Below, one piece after another: positions 7,980 through 16,653 of a DNA stretch of 22,970 nucleotides (positions are counted from its first letter, which is position 1; each line of letters begins with the position of its first letter). Source of the DNA: an uncultured Candidatus Poseidoniales archaeon (GTDB lineage Archaea; Thermoplasmatota; Poseidoniia; Poseidoniales; CAYMED01). The stretch spans positions 1-22,970 of the forward strand of contig CAYMED010000026.1 in the NCBI GenBank assembly GCA_964389655.1. The letters run 5' to 3'. The notes beneath the pieces are model-generated. The model had not been told where the DNA came from. It did not search any database and saw only the letters and a program-made list of their open reading frames with translations. The position numbers were made by a program, and so were the translations under genes.

Positions 7980-10730
7980 GTGAATAAGTTGGTAAAACGT
8001 TCAATCATTGAAAAATTTGCTGAGGCAGTTAGAATCATTCCAAAAATTTCAACGCGGGAACCACCAAACACCGAAGAAAAAACCCTACGACGATATCCCA
8101 AACCTTCCCAATGGCACAATCACACTGAATTCGATGCAAACGCTTGGCCTAAACGTATCAAGCGAAACTACTCCCTTATTCCAACAACCTGCTTCAATTG
8201 TGAATCTGCCTGCGGACTATTGGCCTATGTTGACAAAGATTCGAAAGAAGTGTCAAAATTTGAAGGAAATCCACATCATCCGGGTAGCAGAGGCAGGAAC
8301 TGTGCCAAAGGGCCTGCAACAATCAACCAGATACAGGATACTGAGCGTATTCTTCACCCCTTACGAAGATCCGGTGACCGTGGATCTGGTGAGTGGGAAC
8401 AAATTACCTGGGATGAAGCACTCAACGAAATTTCTTCCAAAATCCGTGCATCCCTAAAGACCGGTGCAAAAGATAGGGTTGTATACCATGTCGGAAGACC
8501 AGGGCATGAAGGTTACACCAACCGTGTTCTAAAAGCATGGGGAGTTGATGGACATAATAGCCACACCAATATTTGCTCAGCTGGCGCAAGAACGGGATAT
8601 GCTCTTTGGCACAAGTTTGACCGGCCATCACCAGATCATGCCAATGCGAAAGTGATCCTTCTGACCTCATCACATCTTGAAACAGGACACTACTTCAACC
8701 CACATGCACAAAGAATCTTGGAAGGGATGATGGATGGTGCCAAACTCATCGTGATTGATCCTCGACTTTCCAATACTGCTGCTATGGCAGACCACTGGAT
8801 ACCTACTTGGCCTGGTTCAGAACCGGCTCTGTTTCTGTGCTGGGCACGCATGATTCTCGAGAAGAAACTCTACGATCGAGAGTTCCTCCACGACTGGGTG
8901 AATTGGGCAGATTGGTTATCAACTTGCCATCCCAACGAAGCACAGACATTTGAGCGCTTTATTGAGCTCCTCGTCGAAGAATATTCAGAATATACACCCG
9001 AATTTGCAGCCAAAGAATGCCAAATTCCAGTAGAACAAGTGATTGAAACGGGTGAGATTGTAGCGAATGCGGGTAGCCAATTGTGTACCCATGTGTGGAG
9101 GTCCGCTTCCATTGGGAACCTTGGAGGATGGCAAGTATCTCGAACATTGCATTTTCTCAATGTGCTAACTGGTTCAGTAGGGACCAAGGGAGGTACTGCA
9201 CCGAATTCGTGGGCCAAATTTAAGCCTGAATTGTTTGATGTACCCCCCGATCCGGATGGGTGGAATGAGTTGCATTTCCCTCCAGAATATACGCTCTCAC
9301 ACTACGAAATGAGCCATATCCTCCCACATTTGATCAAGGACGGGCGAGGCACGATGGATGTATACTTCACCCGGGTGTTCAATCCAGTATGGACCTATCC
9401 CGATGGATTCTCTTGGATGGAGATGCTTCAGAATGAAAAATCCATAGGTTGCCATGTGGCACTCACCCCAACTTGGAATGAAACAGCATTTTTCGCCGAT
9501 TATGTGCTTCCAATGGGCCATGCATCGGAGAGGCACGACATCAACTCCTATGCAACTCAGGCTGGAAAATGGGTTGCATTCAGACAACCTGTTCTTCGCG
9601 AATATGCAAGACGAGAGGGTAAAAAGGTTGAATTCACCTATGAGGTAAATCCGGGTGAAGTATGGGAAGAAGACGAGTTTTGGATTGAACTTTCATGGAG
9701 AATCGATGACGGAAGCATGGGGATCAGAGAGCACTTCATGAGTCCCTATAGGGAAAGAGAAAAAATCACGGTTGACGAATATTATCGCTACACGTTTGAG
9801 CGAGTACCCGGTCTAAAAGAGACGGCTGAAAAAGAAGGACTAGATGCACTTGAATACATGAAGAAACACGGAGCATTCCTGATTGAGCCATCGATCTATA
9901 GCAAACACGAACTGGAAGGATGGCCAACTCCGAGTGGAAAACAAGAGTTCTACTCACACACCATGGTCGAATTTGGATACCCCGAACATGCCATACCACA
10001 TTACAGAGTCAAAAGTCATGTTCATCCATCAAAATTAGCTGGTGAAAATGAATATTGCTTACTCCCTAATTTCCGACTTCCGCAACATATCCATTCTCGC
10101 TCTGCAAATGCGAAATGGCTTGTCGAAATTGCACACAAGAACCCAATATGGATTCATCCAAAAGATGCTACACACCTTGGAGTCAAAGAAGGTGAATTAT
10201 TGAAAATTGAGACTGAAATTGGCTGGTTTGTAGACAAAGTTTGGGTAACCGAGTCGATCAAGCCTGGCGTGGTGGGCTGCTCCCATCATATTGGGAGATG
10301 GCGAAGAAAGCAGGATGCTGGAAATCGCTTTCTTACCAATACGGTATCTATTGAGGAGCACGATGGAAAAATGAGGATGCGCACATTAGAGAGTGTTCGC
10401 CCTTGGAAGTCAGTAGATCCTGACACAAGTCGAATTTGGTGGAGAGATGGCGGTGTTCACCAAAATATCACACACGCGGTCCAACCAGACCCAATTAGCG
10501 GAGCACACTGCTGGTTACAAAAGGTGCGACTGACAAAGCCCGGCCCTGGAGAAAAATATGGTGATGTTGAAGTGGACCGAAAGAAATCATTTGAATACTA
10601 CAAAAAATGGAATCAATGGGCCATCTCAAGAGAAACGCATCCAAGAAACGAACGGCGCCCAATGTGGATGAACCGCCCACTACCCCCACGCAAACAACAT
10701 TGGCACCTTCATTCAGATAATTCTGAATAA
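7980..10730 (+). CDS. Mo/W-bisPGD (DMSO reductase superfamily) oxidoreductase catalytic subunit, substrate unknown
   Basis: FS0 motif CFNCESAC...CAKG, HPLRR, ITWDEAL, HTNICS (probable Cys metal ligand), VIDPRLS, ETAFFADYVLP and C-terminal HIHSRS...IWIHPKDA. GTG start 4 nt after the upstream stop. No Tat signal is evident. Confidence 0.93.
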   Translation: MNKLVKRSIIEKFAEAVRIIPKISTREPPNTEEKTLRRYPKPSQWHNHTEFDANAWPKRIKRNYSLIPTTCFNCESACGLLAYVDKDSKEVSKFEGNPHHPGSRGRNCAKGPATINQIQDTERILHPLRRSGDRGSGEWEQITWDEALNEISSKIRASLKTGAKDRVVYHVGRPGHEGYTNRVLKAWGVDGHNSHTNICSAGARTGYALWHKFDRPSPDHANAKVILLTSSHLETGHYFNPHAQRILEGMMDGAKLIVIDPRLSNTAAMADHWIPTWPGSEPALFLCWARMILEKKLYDREFLHDWVNWADWLSTCHPNEAQTFERFIELLVEEYSEYTPEFAAKECQIPVEQVIETGEIVANAGSQLCTHVWRSASIGNLGGWQVSRTLHFLNVLTGSVGTKGGTAPNSWAKFKPELFDVPPDPDGWNELHFPPEYTLSHYEMSHILPHLIKDGRGTMDVYFTRVFNPVWTYPDGFSWMEMLQNEKSIGCHVALTPTWNETAFFADYVLPMGHASERHDINSYATQAGKWVAFRQPVLREYARREGKKVEFTYEVNPGEVWEEDEFWIELSWRIDDGSMGIREHFMSPYREREKITVDEYYRYTFERVPGLKETAEKEGLDALEYMKKHGAFLIEPSIYSKHELEGWPTPSGKQEFYSHTMVEFGYPEHAIPHYRVKSHVHPSKLAGENEYCLLPNFRLPQHIHSRSANAKWLVEIAHKNPIWIHPKDATHLGVKEGELLKIETEIGWFVDKVWVTESIKPGVVGCSHHIGRWRRKQDAGNRFLTNTVSIEEHDGKMRMRTLESVRPWKSVDPDTSRIWWRDGGVHQNITHAVQPDPISGAHCWLQKVRLTKPGPGEKYGDVEVDRKKSFEYYKKWNQWAISRETHPRNERRPMWMNRPLPPRKQHWHLHSDNSE

Positions 10731-11513
10731 ATCCGCCACATACTGAAGAATGCTCAGAGATATCAAAACGACAAAAATAACCGAGGTAATTTGCTCTGAG
10801 AGATGTTGGACTGCATTTTTCCCGCCAATGAAAGAGCTAACTAGAGCCATGATAGGAGTCAATATTAGGACAAATAGATCGAGGTCCGCAAGATCACCAA
10901 AACCACCCACCAGAATATGTGTGCACATGGCTACAGGAAGGACAAACACGGCTGTAACGAATGAAGTTCCTGCAGCCCTGTGGGCGCTTAATCCACCCCA
11001 TCCACGATTCATAGTTACATAGATTGCACCACCACCAATTCCCAGCATCCCGCTGCAAAAACCTCCAATTCCCGAACCTACTCGGAAGGTTCTCGGAACG
11101 AGGTTGCCGATTATGGCATCACCTTTTGCATCATCTCGCATCTTCTTAATCGCAGTATATAGCACCCAGGATGTCAGAGACATGGCCATTAATTTGACCA
11201 AAAACTCACTTTCCCGTTCGAGTAACCATAAACTCACAATCGAGCCAAGTACAGCGCCTGGAAGCGCAACCATGCTGGCTATTTTCACGTTTTTAGTTTC
11301 CACCATGCGCTCTTTCTGATGGGCTTTCCCACTTCCCAAAGCCGTACAGAGAACGAGAACGAGAGATCCTAATATCGCACTTTGAAATGGAAGTTTAGCC
11401 ACATAATGCAAAATAGGCACATAGAGAAGACCGCCACCTAATCCAACGGGACTAAACAGAAAAACAACTGCAATTAGGAGACACATAACTCCTAGAGTTC
11501 CAAGATCAATCAA
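10713..11513 (-). CDS. TSUP family (TauE/SafE) sulfite-exporter-like membrane protein
   Basis: Duplicated GLGGG / GMLGIGGGAI motifs and AAGTS, about 8 TM. TTG start preceded by TGAGGT overlapping the thiolase stop. The 3' end overlaps the Mo-enzyme 3' end by 18 bp (convergent). Confidence 0.85.
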   Translation of the reverse strand: MIDLGTLGVMCLLIAVVFLFSPVGLGGGLLYVPILHYVAKLPFQSAILGSLVLVLCTALGSGKAHQKERMVETKNVKIASMVALPGAVLGSIVSLWLLERESEFLVKLMAMSLTSWVLYTAIKKMRDDAKGDAIIGNLVPRTFRVGSGIGGFCSGMLGIGGGAIYVTMNRGWGGLSAHRAAGTSFVTAVFVLPVAMCTHILVGGFGDLADLDLFVLILTPIMALVSSFIGGKNAVQHLSEQITSVIFVVLISLSILQYVADLFRII

Positions 11514-11522
11514 TATGATACC

Positions 11523-12755
11523 TCATAACCGTTCTATGAGAACTGCGATGCCCTGACCGCCCCCAATGCAGGCAGTAGCCATACCATAACGACCGCCAGA
11601 ACGCTGAAGTTCATGCGCAAGTGTGAGAACAAGGCGAGTTCCAGTTGCAGCTAATGGATGCCCAATTCCTACGGCACCACCATTCACATTGACGTTCTCG
11701 ATATCAATGCGGAGTTCCTTAATGCAAGCAACGGCCTGACCCGCAAATGCCTCATTTATTTCCCACCGGTCGATGTCACTGACGCTGAGGCCTGCTTTTT
11801 CTAGGGCTTTAAGCGAAGATGGTACTGGGCCAAAAGCCATTATCGCAGGTTCAAGGCCAACAATCCCCCATGAAACAATACGCGCAAGGGGTGCGTCACC
11901 ATCCTTTTTCGCACGAGACACCGATTTTAGGATAACTGCTGCCGCACCATCTACGACACCAGAAGCATTTCCTGCAGTTACCAATGAAGTGGGGCCAAAG
12001 TGTGTGCGCAGGTTGGAAAGAGAGTCCACAGTTGTCCCTCGAACAACGTGATCCTCTTCGGATGCACCTACGGTTCCATCCGGTGTCGGAACATCGACAA
12101 TCTCCTGAGACCAAATTCCTTCATCGACGCTTCTTTCTGTGCGTTGATGGCTGAGAGCTGCAAACTCATCCACCTCTGGACGTTCGACACCCTTGCGTCT
12201 GCATAATTCATCACTTGTTTGGGCCATGAAAGAACCACACATTCCATCTAGGAGATTCGTAAACAAAAGGTCCTCCATATCAGCAGGGAGTTCTTCACCC
12301 GATTGAGGGGGTCGGCCTAAGCGGTAAGTCGAGCGGAAATTTCGCAGCACGTGTGGTGCTTGCGAAAGGTTCTCCATCCCTCCTGAGACAACGGTTTCTG
12401 CCTCGCCCAACATGATCATTTGGGCGCCTGTAACAATCGATTGAGCACCACTTCCACAGATGCGGGAAAGAGTGAGCATTGGAACTTCTTGGGGGATCCC
12501 TGCTTTGAGGCCCGCATGACGGGATCCAAAAATTGCTTGATCAGAGGTCTGAAGTGCATGGCCCATGACGACGTGATCGACTGATTCAGGAGATGTTCCG
12601 GTTTTCTCTAACGCACCCTTAATTGCGAAGGAGCCCAAATCTTCAGCACTGATCGACGACAAGCGGCCCCCAGGTTCACCATCTCCCCTTCGACCCCCAC
12701 TCCATTCACAAAAAGGGGTGCGGGCGCCCCCAATTACCACAACGTCCTCCGCCAT
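11523..12755 (-). CDS. Acetyl-CoA C-acyltransferase (thiolase)
   Basis: ARTPF, catalytic RICGSG, TAGNASG, EINEAFA, GHPLAATG and CIGGGQG motifs. Confidence 0.96.
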   Translation of the reverse strand: MAEDVVVIGGARTPFCEWSGGRRGDGEPGGRLSSISAEDLGSFAIKGALEKTGTSPESVDHVVMGHALQTSDQAIFGSRHAGLKAGIPQEVPMLTLSRICGSGAQSIVTGAQMIMLGEAETVVSGGMENLSQAPHVLRNFRSTYRLGRPPQSGEELPADMEDLLFTNLLDGMCGSFMAQTSDELCRRKGVERPEVDEFAALSHQRTERSVDEGIWSQEIVDVPTPDGTVGASEEDHVVRGTTVDSLSNLRTHFGPTSLVTAGNASGVVDGAAAVILKSVSRAKKDGDAPLARIVSWGIVGLEPAIMAFGPVPSSLKALEKAGLSVSDIDRWEINEAFAGQAVACIKELRIDIENVNVNGGAVGIGHPLAATGTRLVLTLAHELQRSGGRYGMATACIGGGQGIAVLIERL

Positions 12756-12863
12756 GTTTCATCCGCACCTGCACCAACTGATGAATGAAACCCCTTTTTG
12801 TCAGGTGATAACGCATCAACAGATATCCTGTGTATTCAATAGCAATGCGCCCGACGGACAGTC

Positions 12864-15800
12864 ATGAAAGAGGGAAAGGCTAGTGCCATTCCTGCAGTGA
12901 CTGAGAAAAGCACATGGTCGCTAGCAATTGCAGGAACTGCTGTCATCCTAGCTCTCATCATCAGTCTATCAATGTCGATGACTTGGGCAACAGCATCTAC
13001 AAAATCAACTGAAGGAGAGGGAGATGATATCGAAGTAGAAGAAAATCAAATTTCAGTATCACCTCATGCGATCTCTATACGCAATGATGACATTGCTGAA
13101 TCCATTACGGGTTCTCCAAATTTCACAGTCTCTGAGCCAAAAACTAGCTCCGATCGATCAGAACTTGAGCGCCAGGCAAGTCCACAAACCGCAGACCTCG
13201 TTGAAATGATGGGGAAAATCGATGCACGGCTAGATTTTGCTCGATTCCTCATGCTGATGATTGCAGGAATCGCAATTGCGCGTGCTCTTTCTCCATCAAA
13301 AGTTGCAATTCTGCGACATGCACCGATTGCAGCCCTAGCGGCCATAGCAGGAATTACAATGCTAGTTTCCCTTTCACCAATTGGTGACTTAGGAGAGGCA
13401 ATGGAAGATTTCTTTGAACTCGGAGATCGAAGTGGCGTTGATGACGAAATGTATGGGGGCTATTCGGGTGAAATGGATGGGACATTTACTGCCGTAAGGG
13501 ATGTAGAAATCTCGTGGGGCCCAAGCCTCATGCTCATCTTTGTCATCATCATTTCTTTGGGAGTGCTTGCATTAGCCGGAGCAGAAATTCTCGCATGGGC
13601 AATGACAAAAGAGGCAGAAGAAGCGGGCTTGGACGAAAGTCAAACATTAGCCCACAAATATGCACCACATACCCTTATCGGCCTTGTATCAGTCATCGCG
13701 GGTTTGCTTTTCGCAACCCAAATTATGCCTTGGTTTACATTCGAGCAAACACACAATGCCGATTTTGGAACAGGATCGGATGAAGACATCCAGCAAGGTT
13801 CATTCAAGTGGTCGGCAGGATTGTGGAGGGGAAGTGAAACCAATGATAGTTTCTATGCCGACCGAAATCTTTCAGCAACAACAGAGCCACTGGAACGAGG
13901 CCCTGGTGGGCCTATGCCATTGGTGACTTCAGCAATTGATGGATATCGTTGGACAACATTGGCACTTCTAGGACTCTCACTTCTCACCATAGGTATACTT
14001 GCTGTTGGACTGACACCTGAACGAGTGCGTGAGCGCAGAATCGGAATAGGAATGGCCCTTTTACTTGCAATATCAATTCCATTTACACTCGGCGCTGCTG
14101 AAGGTGAAATGGCAGAAGCATGGATTAGTGATTCTTCAAGAATTACAATTGATGGAGGACCCTCATCAAGCGGAATTTTCAACACCGGTTTAGATTCACA
14201 CCAAATTTCATTCGCTTTTGGCCCAGAAATCGGTTTTGTTCTGCTTGAAAGTTCATCTCATGCCGGATTTGGCATTACGGCAATTTCCATGGCAACAGGA
14301 TTTGCTTGGATTCTTCTGCTATCAATTATGGCTCTTCTATTGGCAGGGGGATCTTCAGATGGCCCCGCTTCACTTCAGGGGTGGGTTATTTCACAGCGTG
14401 CGCGCGCACGTGCATGGGGCATTCCATTGCTGCTATTTTGCAGCATCATGTTTGGAATATCTGCTGCAAGTGAATTCCGCATTGAAGGGCTAGGAAGGGG
14501 TGTAGACATCTACCACGACCACATCGTTCAATCTGTAGATCAGGATCTTCTCGTCCTCTCAAATGAAAGTGTGAAAGGAGCATGGCAAACATCGAGCATT
14601 GAAATCTCATCTGCTGAAATGCTAGAGCATCAGAGCGTCGAAAGCGGGACGACGAGTGAACTGGCAGATGTATTGGATGATCTCACGTTTTGGAAGGGGA
14701 TAATCACAGTTCTTTGCATGATTCTTGCAGGATTGTGGATTGTAAGTTTAGTTTCAGCTCCTTCAAGCACTGGAAAGCAGGCCCTCCCATTTATGCTCGT
14801 ATGCATTCTTCTTTCATTGGCTTCGGCCATGTGGATTATGGCGCAAGGAGATATCAGCGAGGCATTCCTAGATGACAACAAGATCACAAATGACGATGGA
14901 GTCGATATCAATCGTGGGCGCTGGGGCCATGTAAGAGGTGAAGGATTATCGGTCCCTTGGGAAGTAGGGCCGGCATTTTGGTATGCTGTTGCCATGATCG
15001 GAATAGCGATTATCGTAGCATTGAGTCATGGTGCCGAATTGAATACGAAATTGCGCGAGACTCCCGCCCATATGCCTTGGACATTTGACGGAAGTTTAAC
15101 CGAAGGAGCGCAATTACATGATCGAATCTCAATCGCTGAAGATCGAGAGGCTCTTCTAGCCACTGCACTCGCAGGCATGGCCTGTTTTGGCCTATTAATG
15201 GCTTCAATGACGGCATGGTATGTGCGAACTGACACGGTTCCCATCCAGAGGCCAGAATCCTATGAGGGAGAGCATTTCTCAAATGCAACATGGACATGGA
15301 AGGCTGGACTTTGGGGTTTATCCTTCACAAATTCCTCTTTTGAGAATTGGGATAATGGCAATGGGACGATCGAAAGCACGACTGTGAAGAGTGGAAATGG
15401 CTCAGAAGTGGGAATACCAAATGTCGACCGACTCATGAGTACACTACGAACGCCGATCATTACAGGAATCATCGTTGCGGGCACAGGTGCTGTGCTGATA
15501 TATGGCCAGTCGAGGGAGAAAATGGGTAACTTGCTCGGTGACCGCCGGGGCCTCTGGATCATCGTGTTTGCATCTCTCATGCTTATCATCGAATTTGGAC
15601 TGGTTGATACGTCAGAACATCTCTCAAATGCAGTTACAAAAGATGGGACACCGGTTGCTTCAGGTGAATTATCTGGATTTAATGAACAAGTGATTGGAGA
15701 CCAAGGAAGGATCATAGATGCAGGATTTATTCAGTCAGATCCATTTCACTCAACGAGTGGAGATGTTGCAGCCATTGAATGGGGCTATGGCTGGGCCTAT

Positions 15801-16592
15801 TCCGGCGTGAATTTCGCAAGACTTTGCACATGGCTTGGAATGACAGCATCACTCACTGCATTAGCCGCTGCATCCAGCACTGAGAAACGATGGTTAGATT
15901 TGAAGTCGTGGAAAGGTCCTGCTCCGATAAGCATCCTAAGTGTATGTGTCGTATTCGGAATCATAGGAGCAGGAACTGGTAATTTTGTAGCCAAAGATGT
16001 TCTTGGAATCACTGAAGGTATTGATGGTGATGACGGCATGAATGCGTATAGGGTTTCTTTTGACACGCTTCAAACAAGTGTGGATGATTCAGAAAATCTA
16101 GCAAATGATCAAGAATTGAGCATCACATTCACCCCATCTTCAGAGGGTATAGGAAACATTACCGCAGTCTCCATATCCATTGACTGTGCAGAACAACAGC
16201 AAGGTTTTCCACAAGAGGATGAAGATGAGATCGAGGTAACCATCACCCCCCCCCAAGGGTATGCAAGATCTCTTGCAACTCATGTTGCAAGCAGGACACT
16301 AGCAATGAGCGAATGCCCACTGCAAATTGAGTATGAATTAGAAAAGGACAAGGACCCAAGAGAAGGGGATCGAAACGCACGCGCATCTTCCAAAGAAAAG
16401 GCTGCTGCAGGTTTCACAGTGGATCTATTCGATGCACCTTGGCAAGTGAAGGCAAAAGCCATTGCAAAGGGCGATGGCGCCATAAACGGCCTCGGCGCAG
16501 ATGATCAGACAGGGGTGAGTCTCCAAATCAATGCAATTGGCTACACGGTAGTGGCTGAAAGAATCGCTGATGATGCAGAAGGCGCAAACTAG
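12864..16592 (+). CDS. Large hypothetical polytopic membrane protein (1242 aa): four tandem 4-TM units + 17th TM + extracellular C-terminal domain
   Basis: Long ORF with about 17 hydrophobic segments in a repeating pattern, recurring motifs, basic short loops and acidic, sequon-bearing long loops (see findings). Confidence 0.85.
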   Translation: MKEGKASAIPAVTEKSTWSLAIAGTAVILALIISLSMSMTWATASTKSTEGEGDDIEVEENQISVSPHAISIRNDDIAESITGSPNFTVSEPKTSSDRSELERQASPQTADLVEMMGKIDARLDFARFLMLMIAGIAIARALSPSKVAILRHAPIAALAAIAGITMLVSLSPIGDLGEAMEDFFELGDRSGVDDEMYGGYSGEMDGTFTAVRDVEISWGPSLMLIFVIIISLGVLALAGAEILAWAMTKEAEEAGLDESQTLAHKYAPHTLIGLVSVIAGLLFATQIMPWFTFEQTHNADFGTGSDEDIQQGSFKWSAGLWRGSETNDSFYADRNLSATTEPLERGPGGPMPLVTSAIDGYRWTTLALLGLSLLTIGILAVGLTPERVRERRIGIGMALLLAISIPFTLGAAEGEMAEAWISDSSRITIDGGPSSSGIFNTGLDSHQISFAFGPEIGFVLLESSSHAGFGITAISMATGFAWILLLSIMALLLAGGSSDGPASLQGWVISQRARARAWGIPLLLFCSIMFGISAASEFRIEGLGRGVDIYHDHIVQSVDQDLLVLSNESVKGAWQTSSIEISSAEMLEHQSVESGTTSELADVLDDLTFWKGIITVLCMILAGLWIVSLVSAPSSTGKQALPFMLVCILLSLASAMWIMAQGDISEAFLDDNKITNDDGVDINRGRWGHVRGEGLSVPWEVGPAFWYAVAMIGIAIIVALSHGAELNTKLRETPAHMPWTFDGSLTEGAQLHDRISIAEDREALLATALAGMACFGLLMASMTAWYVRTDTVPIQRPESYEGEHFSNATWTWKAGLWGLSFTNSSFENWDNGNGTIESTTVKSGNGSEVGIPNVDRLMSTLRTPIITGIIVAGTGAVLIYGQSREKMGNLLGDRRGLWIIVFASLMLIIEFGLVDTSEHLSNAVTKDGTPVASGELSGFNEQVIGDQGRIIDAGFIQSDPFHSTSGDVAAIEWGYGWAYSGVNFARLCTWLGMTASLTALAAASSTEKRWLDLKSWKGPAPISILSVCVVFGIIGAGTGNFVAKDVLGITEGIDGDDGMNAYRVSFDTLQTSVDDSENLANDQELSITFTPSSEGIGNITAVSISIDCAEQQQGFPQEDEDEIEVTITPPQGYARSLATHVASRTLAMSECPLQIEYELEKDKDPREGDRNARASSKEKAAAGFTVDLFDAPWQVKAKAIAKGDGAINGLGADDQTGVSLQINAIGYTVVAERIADDAEGAN

Positions 16593-16653
16593 GTAATTTC
16601 TCCGCATCGTTAAAGATACCAATTATTATGACTGCATACACAACCGCAGTATT

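Noticed and set aside
8080-8100. TLRRYPK as a Tat motif in the Mo enzyme
   Set aside because: No hydrophobic h-region follows and it does not fit S/T-R-R-x-F-L-K.
7980-10730. Specific calls such as fdh, narG or psrA, or selenocysteine recoding
   Set aside because: There is no in-frame TGA, and the motifs support only a superfamily-level assignment without a phylogeny.
12756-12863. cacctg...caggtg inverted repeat in the divergent intergenic region
   Set aside because: Only 6 bp with a long spacer, which is expected by chance.
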